Origin: an uncultured bacterium
Lineage (GTDB): Bacteria > Patescibacteriota > Minisyncoccia > UBA6257 > 2-01-FULL-56-20
Direction of reading: 5' to 3'
DNA: 64,000 bases
Assembly (NCBI GenBank): GCA_963707865.1
Contig: OY970175.1
Location: 208,748-272,747, forward strand
Shown: in pieces, positions 42,358 through 52,456 of the stretch
Numbering within the stretch: the stretch's first letter is position 1
Layout: the number at the start of each line of letters is the position of its first letter
Notes under the pieces: generated by a model
Databases searched by the model: none
Told to the model about the DNA's origin: nothing
Seen by the model: only the letters and a program-made list of their open reading frames with translations
Program-made: the position numbers and the translations under genes

Positions 42358-44489
42358 TGAAACCCATGGACCATATGAACCGCGAAAACGCGAAAACATA
42401 TACCTGCCCGATGCACCAGGGAGTAGTTCAGGACCATCCCGGGCTGTGCCCCGAATGTGGAATGAACCTTATTCCCGCAAAGCCCCAAAAATCAAAGATG
42501 CAGATTGATCACGGCGGGCATGGCACCGCATCCTTCGACAAACACGAAGGCCACAGCACGAACATCTTCAGAACGAAGTTCTGGGTGAGTTTGGTGTTGA
42601 GTATCCCGCTCGTGCTGTATTCGGACATGACGCAGGCGATTTTCCATTGGAGCGCGCCCGCGTTCCCGGGATTGGTCTACATACAGTTCGTCCTCGCCTC
42701 AATCGTTTTCCTCTACGGCGGATGGGTTTTCATTGCAAGCGCGTGGCGCGAACTTAAGGCGCACTTGCCCGGCATGATGACACTGATCGCGCTTGCGATC
42801 ACGACGGCATATGCGTGGAGCGTCTACGCCGTTCTTGCGAGCCGGAGCGATACGCTCTTTTGGGAGCTTGCCACGTTGATTACGATCATGCTTCTTGGGC
42901 ATTGGATTGAGATGCGGGCGGTGGGCGGTGCCCAGAGCGCATTGAAAGAACTCTCGAAACTCCTGCCGGACACGGCGGAGGTCGTGCGGGGAGACCGCAC
43001 GGAGGTTGTCCCACTCGCCGAACTTCGCGAAGGCGATATCGTCCTCGTGAAGCCGGGCGGAAAGATCGCTGCGGATGGCGAAATCGTTGAAGGCGAATCA
43101 TCTGTTGATGAGTCGCTCGCGACGGGTGAATCGAAACCGGTTACGAAACAAAAAGGAAGCGCGGTTATCGCTGGCACGGTGAACGGCGACGGAGCACTCA
43201 AAATAAAAGTGACGAAGATCGGAGAGCATACGTTCCTTGCGGGGGTGATGCGGCTTGTCGCCGAAGCGCAATCATCGAAGTCGCGCCTGCAGGTGCTTTC
43301 TGACCGCGCGGCGTTCTACCTTACGCTGGTCGCCGTTGGGGCGGGCGTTATTACGGTCATCGCGTGGATCGCGGCGGGAGGCGGGACCGCATTCGCCATT
43401 GAACGGCTTGTCGCGGTCCTCGTGATCGCGTGTCCGCACGCTCTGGGACTCGCCGTGCCGCTCGTTGCATCCATCTCCACGACCAAGGCCGCCAAGAATG
43501 GGTTCCTCGTGAAACAGCGGCTTGCCCTCGAGGCCGCGCGGAACGTTGACGTGGTTCTTTTTGACAAGACAGGTACGCTCACGAAAGGCGAATACGGCGT
43601 AACGGATGTATGGCCGATCGGCGTGAAAGACAAACACGAGGTTATTCAGCTTGCCGCATCGGTTGATGCGTATTCCGAGCATCCGGTCGCGAAGGCCATC
43701 GTCGCCTATGCGCGTGCTGAAAACATTCCGCTTGCCGATATCAAGGACTTCGCGCGGATCCCCGGCAAGGGTTCGCAGGCGCGGATAGGCGAGGCGGTAG
43801 TCGTCATTGGAGGCGCGGGCGTGGTTGAAGGGAAAAATGTTTCGTTGCCTGGCGAGATTGCAGCGGAACACAAAAAGGGCAAGACGATCATCTATGTGCT
43901 TCGCGACGGTACGCTTGTGGGTGTACTTGCCCTTGCGGACATCATTCGTGACGAATCGCGCGAGGCGATCAAAACGCTGAAAGGCATGGGAGTTGACGTC
44001 GCCATGATCACGGGCGACGCGGACGATGTGGCAGCGTGGGTGGCGGGGGAGTTGGGTATAAAAGAGTATTTTGCGCGAGTTTTGCCTAGTGAGAAATCGG
44101 AAAAGGTAAAATTACTGCAGTCAAAAGGAAAACGAGTCGCGATGGTGGGGGATGGAATAAATGACGCGCCCGCGCTCACACAGGCGGAGCTTGGTATCGC
44201 AATCGGCGCAGGGACGAATGTGGCGATCGAATCAGCCGGTATTATTCTTGTAAAGAATGATCCGAGGGACATCCCAAAGATCATTACACTTTCGCGCCTT
44301 ACCTACGCGAAGATGATGCAAAATCTCTTCTGGGCCGCAGGTTACAACGTGGTCGCCATCCCGCTTGCTGCGGGAGTACTTGCTTCGCGCGGCGTATTGC
44401 TTTCACCCGCCTTGGGAGCAGTCTTCATGTCCCTGAGCACGGTGATCGTTGCCGCGAATGCGATGCTATTGCGCCGAAAGGAATTATAA
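42357..44489 (+). CDS. P1B-type heavy-metal (copper) translocating ATPase, CPH-motif subclass
   Basis: N-terminal 'CPMHQGVVQDHPGLCPECGM' metal-binding domain, 'CPH' in TM6, 'DKTGTLT', 'GDGINDAP'. Confidence 0.9.
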   Translation: MKPMDHMNRENAKTYTCPMHQGVVQDHPGLCPECGMNLIPAKPQKSKMQIDHGGHGTASFDKHEGHSTNIFRTKFWVSLVLSIPLVLYSDMTQAIFHWSAPAFPGLVYIQFVLASIVFLYGGWVFIASAWRELKAHLPGMMTLIALAITTAYAWSVYAVLASRSDTLFWELATLITIMLLGHWIEMRAVGGAQSALKELSKLLPDTAEVVRGDRTEVVPLAELREGDIVLVKPGGKIAADGEIVEGESSVDESLATGESKPVTKQKGSAVIAGTVNGDGALKIKVTKIGEHTFLAGVMRLVAEAQSSKSRLQVLSDRAAFYLTLVAVGAGVITVIAWIAAGGGTAFAIERLVAVLVIACPHALGLAVPLVASISTTKAAKNGFLVKQRLALEAARNVDVVLFDKTGTLTKGEYGVTDVWPIGVKDKHEVIQLAASVDAYSEHPVAKAIVAYARAENIPLADIKDFARIPGKGSQARIGEAVVVIGGAGVVEGKNVSLPGEIAAEHKKGKTIIYVLRDGTLVGVLALADIIRDESREAIKTLKGMGVDVAMITGDADDVAAWVAGELGIKEYFARVLPSEKSEKVKLLQSKGKRVAMVGDGINDAPALTQAELGIAIGAGTNVAIESAGIILVKNDPRDIPKIITLSRLTYAKMMQNLFWAAGYNVVAIPLAAGVLASRGVLLSPALGAVFMSLSTVIVAANAMLLRRKEL

Positions 44490-44602
44490 AATCTATGCCT
44501 AGTTCTAAGTCCAGAACCCGTACCGGATTTTAAATTTAGAACCGACGATTGAGAGGACAGTAAAATGACGCTCTCCGGTCTCCCACGATACTGCGCTGAC
44601 TG

Positions 44603-44628
44603 TGGCTGCGGGGTTTGGATTCGAACCG
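44603..44628 (-). repeat. Degenerate 3'-end fragment of a tRNA (T-loop through acceptor-CCA), similar to the 3' end of tRNA-Gln at 48990..49060; putative att-site remnant
   Basis: Minus strand 'GGTTCGAATCCAAACCCCGCAGCCA' vs tRNA-Gln 3' end 'GGTTCGAATCCAAGCCCGGCAGCA'; no matching 5' half so not a functional tRNA. Confidence 0.5.
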
Positions 44629-44821
44629 TGTGGGTCGCCCCGTTACCCTCGGCATTTGATTTTCCTTGATTTATCTATATGCCGCGGAGTAACCCTCGCC
44701 CCTACGAAGAGAGCCGTAGTGGCGGCATATCCTCTCTCCCTCCATCGCTGGTTGTCTACCCTAGAGAAGAAGAACCGCTGAAACAATCAGCGATTTTTCT
44801 TCTATCTCGCCCTGCCCTCTT

Positions 44822-47008
44822 TCACTTCACCGTCAACGTGACGCTGGTTGTGCTCGAAAGCGAACCGCTCGTTCCTTTTATAGTAAGCACGTAAGTACCT
44901 GTAGGCGTTCTGAAACCGACATTGACCCTAAGCGTAGAAGAGGACTTGGTAGGATTCGTACTGAAGCTTACGCTTGTGCCGGAAGGAAGTCCGCTAACAG
45001 AGAGGGTTACCGATCCGGTAAATCCTCCTGCGGGGGTCACGGTAACCTTATAGCTTCCGCTTCTCCCACGAGAAACGCTAAGCGATGATGGGCTCGCCGA
45101 AAGTGAGAAGCTTTGTGCGGATTGTTTTACGAGCGTTGCTGTCGCCGTGTGTGTCAGGGCACCGCTTACGCCGGTAATAGTAATCGGATACGATCCGGGA
45201 ATTGTCGTCGAACTCACTGTTATCGACAACGCCGATGAGCTGCCACTTGCCGGGTTAGGATTGAAGCTGCCTACCGTTCCTGCGGGAAGGCCGCTTACGG
45301 ACAGCGCAACCGCCGAGCTAAATCCTCCACTCTGAGCAATGGTGATCGCATAATTCGCCGTCCCCCCTGCGGCTGGCACTGTCATCGAAGCAGGACTAAC
45401 CGAGAGGGAGAAATCAGGCGTGGAGACGATAAGAGTTGCGGTCGCCGTATGCGAGAGTAAACCACTCGTCCCAGTAATAGTCAAAAGATAGGTGTCAGTG
45501 GGCGTGGTGGAGGCGGTGCTCACTATCATAGCGGAAGAACCGGGAGCGGTCACTGATGGCGGATTGAAGCTCGCCGTGGCACCCGTCGGCAACCCGCTCA
45601 CGCTAAACGTAACCGTTCCGGTGAATCCTACTAATGGCGTGGCGGTGACGGTGTAACTGGTGCTTGTCCCCGTTAGTACTGTTTGAGAGGATGGGGTAAC
45701 GGCAACAGTGTAGTCGGGCGTAGGATAGAAAGCGGTTGTTCCTTTAGGAGTGCCTAAACCGGTTGGACCATCGTAGCCTACCTGTGCAGTACAGAGATAA
45801 CTGCCGCCACAAGAACCGTTACTCCCCGTGGTTATATCATTCAGGTTAGAAGAATTACCATAGGTATAAGGCAGTGAATTAGCCATAACGCCGCTCGGAA
45901 CTCCGTGCAAGGTATATACCGCAGCGACGAAGGGGGATGATAGGCTTGTTCCACCTACTTGGACCCAACCGCCATAGCCATAGCTATCATAGACCGCGGC
46001 ACCGGTCGCCGGATCGGCATCGGCCGAAACGTCATTTATGGTTCGATAAGCGCAAGATGGATCGTGCTGCCAGGTAGGTTTCGCTTCCTGCTGCGTACTG
46101 CAGCCGCTGCCAGTTCCGCCGTATTGATTGTTCCAAACGCTCTCACTTAGGTAGGAATTGCCACTCAGCAACAAGGTCGTTCCGCCAACTGCGGTCACGT
46201 ATTGTGAGGCCGCTGGATAGAGAGTCCCGTAACCGCTATCTCCCGCGCTGAAAGTGAAAGCGACGCCAGTCTTGTTAAAGTGGCTGTCGTAGGCTGCCTC
46301 GCCGGAGAATTCACTTCCACCCCAAGAGCCGGATACCGCGGTCGCGTTATTCGCCACAGCCGTGTCTATTGCCGTAAGTAAATCGGTGAAACTGTTTGAA
46401 TTTGCTTCAACGAGGAGGATGCTGCAGTTCTCACAAGTTGCATGAGCAATCTCAACGTCGAGCGAGATTTCAAGAGCCCAGGATGAGTTTGGTGACGGCA
46501 AAGGAGAAGTACTTCCGTTCTGGTTCATTTTTTCAAAACAAGCCGACGTAGAAGTGGCGATTGAGCCGCTACAGGTCGGCAGCTGAGAGATGCCATAGGT
46601 CGAGCTGTAGGTACTGAGATCACTCGCGATATTCGGGTCATCATAAGCGTCAACGATGGCAATTACCGGCGGCAGAGCTGAAGTGGATGATCCGGTAAGA
46701 TCGTAGGCTCCAAGAAACTGGGCTGGGCCGTAACCGATCGGCAACGCATTAGCTTTTACCCTGCCGCTTGAATCTACGACTACCCTGGCAGTACAGGCAA
46801 CATTGCCTCCCGTAGCGACATCACACACTCTTTTATTCTGCACCTGTGAAATTTCAGCGAGTTTGTCTTTGACCATTTGTTGGAATTGGTCCTGGGTGCC
46901 CCTGAACCAATCTGGTCGAGTCTCGGCATGGACGATAGAGGCGCTTCCGATCAAAGCAGCGGTGCTGATGAATACGACTGAAACTATGAATTTATTTATT
47001 CTAGTCAT
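44822..47008 (-). CDS. Secreted S53 (sedolisin/kumamolisin-like) serine peptidase with three C-terminal Ig-like repeat domains
   Basis: Signal peptide; 'AIVDAYDDPNIASDL', 'WALEISLDVE' (E..D), 'SAGDSGY', 'GGTSLSSPFVAAV' catalytic Ser; repeated ~90-aa 'SVSGLP.G...F....TGTSG.L..T' modules. Confidence 0.7.
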   Translation of the reverse strand: MTRINKFIVSVVFISTAALIGSASIVHAETRPDWFRGTQDQFQQMVKDKLAEISQVQNKRVCDVATGGNVACTARVVVDSSGRVKANALPIGYGPAQFLGAYDLTGSSTSALPPVIAIVDAYDDPNIASDLSTYSSTYGISQLPTCSGSIATSTSACFEKMNQNGSTSPLPSPNSSWALEISLDVEIAHATCENCSILLVEANSNSFTDLLTAIDTAVANNATAVSGSWGGSEFSGEAAYDSHFNKTGVAFTFSAGDSGYGTLYPAASQYVTAVGGTTLLLSGNSYLSESVWNNQYGGTGSGCSTQQEAKPTWQHDPSCAYRTINDVSADADPATGAAVYDSYGYGGWVQVGGTSLSSPFVAAVYTLHGVPSGVMANSLPYTYGNSSNLNDITTGSNGSCGGSYLCTAQVGYDGPTGLGTPKGTTAFYPTPDYTVAVTPSSQTVLTGTSTSYTVTATPLVGFTGTVTFSVSGLPTGATASFNPPSVTAPGSSAMIVSTASTTPTDTYLLTITGTSGLLSHTATATLIVSTPDFSLSVSPASMTVPAAGGTANYAITIAQSGGFSSAVALSVSGLPAGTVGSFNPNPASGSSSALSITVSSTTIPGSYPITITGVSGALTHTATATLVKQSAQSFSLSASPSSLSVSRGRSGSYKVTVTPAGGFTGSVTLSVSGLPSGTSVSFSTNPTKSSSTLRVNVGFRTPTGTYVLTIKGTSGSLSSTTSVTLTVK

Positions 47009-47074
47009 TTTGTATGTTTTTGATCGACGTTATATCAATTAACATCATAACATCTCAGGGGTTGTTCCGCAATC

Positions 47075-47443
47075 TTAGAGAGGTACCGCTTGTCCGGTAG
47101 GTACGCAAACCCTAGGTGACTGTTGACCCGCTATTATCGGCCCGGGCTGCATACACGAATAACCGGCGGGGCAACCACTATTATTCTTGCAGATCAGCAT
47201 ACCATTGTAATGGGTCGCGTTCGGCGGCGCTGTCTTGGTAGTTCCATTTTTTGAGGTCTGACTTGTACTCGCCACAGTGTTGGATGTCGATGTTGATCGC
47301 GCAGCAGTCAAGGGCAGGGCGGAATAATCTTTAGCCTGCTGATAGAGGGAGCCGAATTTGAATCCGATGAAGAACGTCGCGATAAAAACTACTATCGTGA
47401 GGGTCCTCGAGTACCACGTTACTTTATTCCATTCGATAGTCAT
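47075..47443 (-). CDS. Small membrane protein sharing N-terminal EWNKVTWYS+TM motif with ORF 1371..2084
   Basis: 'MTIEWNKVTWYSRTLTIVVFIATFFIGF'; C-terminal Cys-rich 'CKNNSGCPAGYSCM'. Confidence 0.6.
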   Translation of the reverse strand: MTIEWNKVTWYSRTLTIVVFIATFFIGFKFGSLYQQAKDYSALPLTAARSTSTSNTVASTSQTSKNGTTKTAPPNATHYNGMLICKNNSGCPAGYSCMQPGPIIAGQQSPRVCVPTGQAVPL

Positions 47444-47545
47444 CTATTTATATTAGATCTTTTTGCGACTGTATCTTATGAACTTAGATTATAGCACGAA
47501 CCATATCTGCTCCATACGTGAGCCTTTCCAAGCCTTGTAGGGTGC

Positions 47546-48907
47546 TTGACTTCCTTGACTGTGGCGGCACCCTTGTCCTTGATGAATACAAACCAAGGGT
47601 TGATGGGGGCCGCGACCCAACAAAAAGTGCCGGCTTCCATAAAGGTCAGATATTGCCTGTACGCGAGAAAAAGCAGCGAGCAGGACGAGCGTCAGGCGCT
47701 TTCCATCGAGAGTCAGGTAAAGGAGATGAAGCAGATCGCGGAACGCGAGGAACTGGATGTCGCGGAGATACGGCAGGAAAGCCATTCAGCAAAGAACTCC
47801 GGAGGACGTCCGGTGTTCAACAAAATCCTTGATGACGTGAGGAACGGCACGTTCAACGGTATCCTCACTTGGGCACCCGATCGCTTGAGCCGCAATGCTG
47901 GGGATTTGGGAAAGCTCGTTGATCTTATGGACCAAGGCCTGCTCGTGGGCATCCGTACCTTCGGGCAGAAATTTGCCAATACCCCGAACGAAAAGTTCTT
48001 GCTCATGATATTATGTTCACAGGCGAAGCTTGAAAACGACAATAAAGGTCAAAATGTGATGCGTGGCCTCCGGGCGAGGGTCGAGACCGGCCTCTGGCCG
48101 GGCAAAGCTCCGTTGGGATATCTGAACCAGATGCTGCGGGACAAGAAATGCGAAGTCATCGTGGACAAGAAGCGGGCGCCCGTCGTGAGGCTGATTTTCA
48201 AAAAAGCGGGCGAGGGCTGGAGCGGGAGAAAGATCTACCGCTGGCTGAAGGACGAGAAGCAGTTTAGAACCCGCGGCGACAAATCTCTTAGCCTGAGCGG
48301 TATCTACCGCGTTCTCACGAGCCCCTTCTTCTATGGCATGCTGGAATTTCCCAGAAAGAGCGGAAACTGGTATCAAGGGAAACATCAACCGCTCATCTCT
48401 GAGGAACTTTTCCGAAATGTGCAACTTCAGCTGAAACGCGAGGAAACGAGGAGAAAAGCAAGCGAGTTCGCTTTCACCAAACTCATTGCCTGCGGCATCT
48501 GCGGATCGCACATCATCGCCGAGCAGAAATTCGTCAAAAGAAAAGACGGCACGACCACCCGCTGTGTCTATTATGGATGTAGCAGATCAAAAGACCGTTC
48601 CTGCAAGAACCACTACATGAAAGAGGACGATTTCATGGCCAAGATCGCTGACATCATCGATGCGGTGAAGCTCAACGAACTGGGCGTCGCGATGCAGTGC
48701 GAGGAGGAGATCAAGCGGCTGAGGAACTTATCGACAGTAATGGGCGTAGAGGGGACTCACGGCATTGACCTGGAAAAGATCAATGTCAAAACCTACGCAA
48801 AGCACCTTCTCAAGAACGGCAGCTCGTCTGAAAAGAGAATTCTCCTTTCGCATCTCCGGAGCATGCTGATATACAAGAACAAAACGATTGAAGTTGCAGG
48901 TGAGTAA
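47546..48907 (+). CDS. Large serine recombinase (resolvase/invertase catalytic domain + recombinase domain + zinc ribbon)
   Basis: 'YARKSSEQDERQALSIESQ' catalytic Ser region; 'CGICGSHI...CVYYGCS' zinc ribbon; true start likely internal (~47600). Confidence 0.85.
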   Translation: MTSLTVAAPLSLMNTNQGLMGAATQQKVPASIKVRYCLYARKSSEQDERQALSIESQVKEMKQIAEREELDVAEIRQESHSAKNSGGRPVFNKILDDVRNGTFNGILTWAPDRLSRNAGDLGKLVDLMDQGLLVGIRTFGQKFANTPNEKFLLMILCSQAKLENDNKGQNVMRGLRARVETGLWPGKAPLGYLNQMLRDKKCEVIVDKKRAPVVRLIFKKAGEGWSGRKIYRWLKDEKQFRTRGDKSLSLSGIYRVLTSPFFYGMLEFPRKSGNWYQGKHQPLISEELFRNVQLQLKREETRRKASEFAFTKLIACGICGSHIIAEQKFVKRKDGTTTRCVYYGCSRSKDRSCKNHYMKEDDFMAKIADIIDAVKLNELGVAMQCEEEIKRLRNLSTVMGVEGTHGIDLEKINVKTYAKHLLKNGSSSEKRILLSHLRSMLIYKNKTIEVAGE

Positions 48908-48989
48908 TAAAAATATTTAACCAACGAGGCCCTGCGGGTCGCAAAAGAACCTCATATTACGAGAACACGCCGATAGAAAAAAGTCAATG

Positions 48990-49060
48990 CTGCCGGGCTT
49001 GGATTCGAACCAAGATGACGACTTCCAGAGAGTCGCATCCTACCATTAGATGACCCGGCA
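48990..49060 (-). tRNA. tRNA-Gln (anticodon CUG)
   Basis: Minus strand 'TGCCGGG TC ATCT AATGGTA GGAT G CGACT CTCTGGA AGTCG TCAT CTTGG TTCGAAT CCAAG CCCGGCA G'; U1-A72 pair as in bacterial tRNA-Gln; CCA not encoded. Confidence 0.85.
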
Positions 49061-49126
49061 ATGTCGCAACCGTACCACCGTGCTGCGGTTGCGTTTCCTA
49101 TAATATAACAAAAATCCCTCGGGCGT

Positions 49127-50227
49127 CTATAGATTCTCAATGATCGTGATCTCAAGCGGCACGATCGCGAAGGGCGAGTACCGCATTTCGGCGTACGCGC
49201 GGATAAGGGATTTGATGAACTTCACGAGGAATGCGGCGTCGGCGGGCGCAGCAAGTTTCTTCACTGCCGCGATCTCGTCGCGTGTGAGCTCCTTTTCAAA
49301 AATTTTATCAAGCGAAGGGTTCACTTTGAGGGAGAGCACCTTTCGCAGATAGTGGATAAGGTCTCTCGCGAACTGCACGAGGTTATATCCTTCGTCGGTG
49401 AGGAGCGAAACGTAGGCAAGCGCGCCCTTCGCATCCTTCGCGAGTATGAGTGCGGCAAGCTCATGGATTTTCTTGAGGCCGGTACGGCCCGTCACGCGTT
49501 CCACGGTCGCGAGGTCGATGTGTGTTGCGAGAGACGCGATCTGGTCCAGGAGCGAGATGGCGTCGCGGAGACTTCCTTCACCTGCCGCCGCAATGAGTTC
49601 CAGTGCCGGTTCGTCGATTCCTATTTTTTCCCCTTTCGCGATCGCCGCGAGCATTTCCATGATATGGGTTTTAGAGATCTTTTTGAAGGTGAACCGTTGT
49701 GCGCGCGAGGTGATCGTGGCCGGCAGTTTTTCGTACTCAGTCGTTGCAAGCACGATCACCGCGTGGCGCGGCGGTTCCTCCAATGTTTTCAAAAGCGCGT
49801 TGAAGGCGAAGCCAGTCAGCGAATGCGCTTCATCAATGATGTACACCTTGTGGGCGGCCGTGGCGGGGGAGGTGCGGATGCTCTCGCGCAAATTGCGGAT
49901 CTCGTCAATGCCGCGGTTGGAGGCAGCATCTATTTCAATCACGTCAAACGAGTTCTGCGTGTCTATCTCGCGGCATTCGCGACACTCATTGCACGGTTCG
50001 CCGAGTTTCGCGAACTCAGGGTCGCCCCGCCGTTTTTCGCAGTTGAGAAGCTTTGCCAAGAGCCGCGCCGTGGTCGTTTTCCCCGTCCCGCGCGGCCCGT
50101 GGAAGATATACGCTTGCCCCAAACGCCCCGCTTTCGCGGCGTTTTTGAGGATCAACATGTTCGTTTCCTGTCCGAGAACCTCGTCCAGTTTTTTGGGGCG
50201 ATACTTTCGGTAGAGCGCTTGTGCCAT
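49127..50227 (-). CDS. dnaX: DNA polymerase III subunit gamma/tau (short form)
   Basis: 'GPRGTGKTT', zinc module 'CNECRECRE', 'IIDEAHSLT', sensor-2 'GSLRDAISLLDQ'. Confidence 0.9.
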   Translation of the reverse strand: MAQALYRKYRPKKLDEVLGQETNMLILKNAAKAGRLGQAYIFHGPRGTGKTTTARLLAKLLNCEKRRGDPEFAKLGEPCNECRECREIDTQNSFDVIEIDAASNRGIDEIRNLRESIRTSPATAAHKVYIIDEAHSLTGFAFNALLKTLEEPPRHAVIVLATTEYEKLPATITSRAQRFTFKKISKTHIMEMLAAIAKGEKIGIDEPALELIAAAGEGSLRDAISLLDQIASLATHIDLATVERVTGRTGLKKIHELAALILAKDAKGALAYVSLLTDEGYNLVQFARDLIHYLRKVLSLKVNPSLDKIFEKELTRDEIAAVKKLAAPADAAFLVKFIKSLIRAYAEMRYSPFAIVPLEITIIENL

Positions 50228-50289
50228 TTACGAAAATTATAGGCAATCCCGTTGATTTCGGCAATTTTTTTCCATATGATGGAAGAGAC

Positions 50290-51702
50290 ATGAAATTGAT
50301 ATCAGGAGTCGTCTTTATTTGCGTTATTCTTGCCGCAGCATTTTTTTTATCCTTTTCTTCAAACAATGTCGCAGTGAACCCCGCGACCAGCGCCGATATC
50401 GCAGGCGTCGTGACGTCCAGAACGAACGGAACGGCGGCCCTTTCCGCAACGTCTTCAGCGTCTTCCAGCCCGCTTCTTAGAGAATCGGAGGCGCCACAAC
50501 TACCTCCCAACGTGGCCGCCGCATCGTCTGCAGGTGGGGATGACATCGCTCCCCAGCCGAAGCTCGCAAACCCTCCTTCTATAGTGAAGGGAATTTATTT
50601 GACCGCGTGGGTTGCGGGATCTCCCGGCAGGGTGCAATCAATCATCAATCTTCTTAAGAGTACCGGTCTCAATGCGGTCGTCATTGACCTCAAAGATTAT
50701 TCCGGCTACGTCTCGTACGCGATGGACGTGCCGCAGGTGAAGGCGTCCGGTGCGGAGAGCGAGATCCGCATTGCGCGTCCGAACGCGCTCATCAAAGAAC
50801 TGCACGACAACGGCATTTACGCGATCGGCCGCATCACCGATTTTCAGGATCCGATCCTTGCGAAGGCACATCCGGAGTGGGCGCTGCGCAATAAGACAAC
50901 GGGCGGCGTTTGGAAGGACAATAACGGGCTTGCGTGGATGGATCCCGCCGCGACCCCCGTGTGGGATTATCTCGCCACAATCGCGAGTGACGCCTTTGGC
51001 CGCGGCTTTGACGAAATTCAATTTGACTACATTCGTTTCGCCTCTGACGGATCGCTTGGCAATATTTCCTATCCATATTGGAATGGGAAGACGCCCATGG
51101 CGACCGTGATTGCCGACTATTTCAAATTCCTGCGCGCGCAATTCCCGAACGAAAAACTCTCCGCCGACCTCTTCGGGCTTTCAACGATCAATAACGATGA
51201 CCTTGGCATCGGCCAGGTCATCCAAAGCGCCTACGAATATTTTGATTACGTGTCGCCGATGGTTTACCCATCCCATTATGCAAGTAGATTTTTGGGATAT
51301 AAAAGCCCCGCTTCGTATCCGTACCAAGTGATCAGTTATTCGCTTACACATGCGATCGCAAAGCTTGTAGCGATGGGGAATAGCAATTCAACTATCGCGA
51401 CTGCAACGGGCACCACGACCAGCACCACTACAACCAGTACTACCGCCAGTACCACCGCAACCAGCACGAAGGCGGCAGCGCACTCGCCATTCAATCTCGG
51501 CTATATCCCGCAGACAAAGCTCCGCCCGTGGCTTCAGGATTTTGACCTGTACGGCGTGCCGTACACGCCCCAAATGGTCGCGCTTGAAAAGCATGCGGTT
51601 TACGATACGTTGGATACCACGACCACGAGCCAGTACTACGGTGGCTGGCTTCTGTGGGATGCCGCGAACAGCTACACCGCCGCGGACCTCGGGGCGGAAT
51701 AA
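50290..51702 (+). CDS. Membrane-anchored putative glycoside-hydrolase-like TIM-barrel protein (GHL/DUF4015-type)
   Basis: N-terminal TM; 'GIYLTAWVAGSP...NAVVIDLKDYSGYVSY...MDP' pattern typical of DUF4015; start at 50290 (ORF track 50221). Confidence 0.55.
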   Translation: MKLISGVVFICVILAAAFFLSFSSNNVAVNPATSADIAGVVTSRTNGTAALSATSSASSSPLLRESEAPQLPPNVAAASSAGGDDIAPQPKLANPPSIVKGIYLTAWVAGSPGRVQSIINLLKSTGLNAVVIDLKDYSGYVSYAMDVPQVKASGAESEIRIARPNALIKELHDNGIYAIGRITDFQDPILAKAHPEWALRNKTTGGVWKDNNGLAWMDPAATPVWDYLATIASDAFGRGFDEIQFDYIRFASDGSLGNISYPYWNGKTPMATVIADYFKFLRAQFPNEKLSADLFGLSTINNDDLGIGQVIQSAYEYFDYVSPMVYPSHYASRFLGYKSPASYPYQVISYSLTHAIAKLVAMGNSNSTIATATGTTTSTTTTSTTASTTATSTKAAAHSPFNLGYIPQTKLRPWLQDFDLYGVPYTPQMVALEKHAVYDTLDTTTTSQYYGGWLLWDAANSYTAADLGAE

Positions 51703-51706
51703 AGTC

Positions 51707-52456
51707 ATGCCGTACGAAATCAAAACGGAACAGTTCAGTGGACCACTTGAGAAACTTCTGGAACTTATTGAAGCCGAGAAGTTAGGGGTAAGTGAGGTGA
51801 GCCTGGCGAAGGTCACTGATGGCTTTTTGAAATACCTTGAACGGTTCCGGCAAGGCGGGGGAGAGGGCGAGGAGAAATTCCGCGTGGACTTGCGCGTCCT
51901 AGCCGACTTTATCTCTGTCGCAAGCAAGCTCATTTTTTTGAAGTCAAAGCATCTTTTGCCTGGGCTTGCGCTTATGGAGGATGAGGAAACGGACATCAAA
52001 GAATTGGAAGAACGCTTGAGGCGGTACCAGGCGCTGAAGCCGGTACTGAAACATTTCAATAAGCTTTGGCGCGAAAGCCACCGTTCCTACAGCCGGCCGT
52101 ACTTTTTGGGGCGCGGGACGGGGCTTGCCGCGGGACAGAAGGTCTTCTACCCGGGCGACAATTTGGATACGCCCACGCTCCAGGCGGGGCTTCTCAAAAT
52201 CTTTGAAATCGTAAAAACCTATGCCTTTGAAACGGAAACCATCAAAGAAAAGATCATTACGCTTGAAGAGAAGATTTCCGAAGTGCTCAACCGCGTCAAA
52301 GCCGAGGGCGACCTGCAATTCCGACGGCTTTCGGGTGAAAAATCGCGCTCGGAAATGATCGTGCTCTTCCTCGCGATTCTCCACCTCGCGCGCGAACAGC
52401 TCATCCTTCTTGAGCAAATAGATAATTTTTCTGATATAATGGTCAAGAAAAAATGA
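51707..52456 (+). CDS. scpA: Segregation and condensation protein A
   Basis: 'FSGPLEKLLELIEAEKL', C-terminal winged helix; start at MPYEIK (ORF track 51542). Confidence 0.85.
   Translation: MPYEIKTEQFSGPLEKLLELIEAEKLGVSEVSLAKVTDGFLKYLERFRQGGGEGEEKFRVDLRVLADFISVASKLIFLKSKHLLPGLALMEDEETDIKELEERLRRYQALKPVLKHFNKLWRESHRSYSRPYFLGRGTGLAAGQKVFYPGDNLDTPTLQAGLLKIFEIVKTYAFETETIKEKIITLEEKISEVLNRVKAEGDLQFRRLSGEKSRSEMIVLFLAILHLAREQLILLEQIDNFSDIMVKKK

Noticed and set aside
44560-44650. Possible complete tRNA on the minus strand at the GGATTCGAACC site
   Set aside because: Only the T-loop and 3' acceptor half are present. There is no complementary T-stem 5' strand or acceptor 5' strand, so it is interpreted as a tRNA 3'-end fragment (att-like repeat), not a gene.
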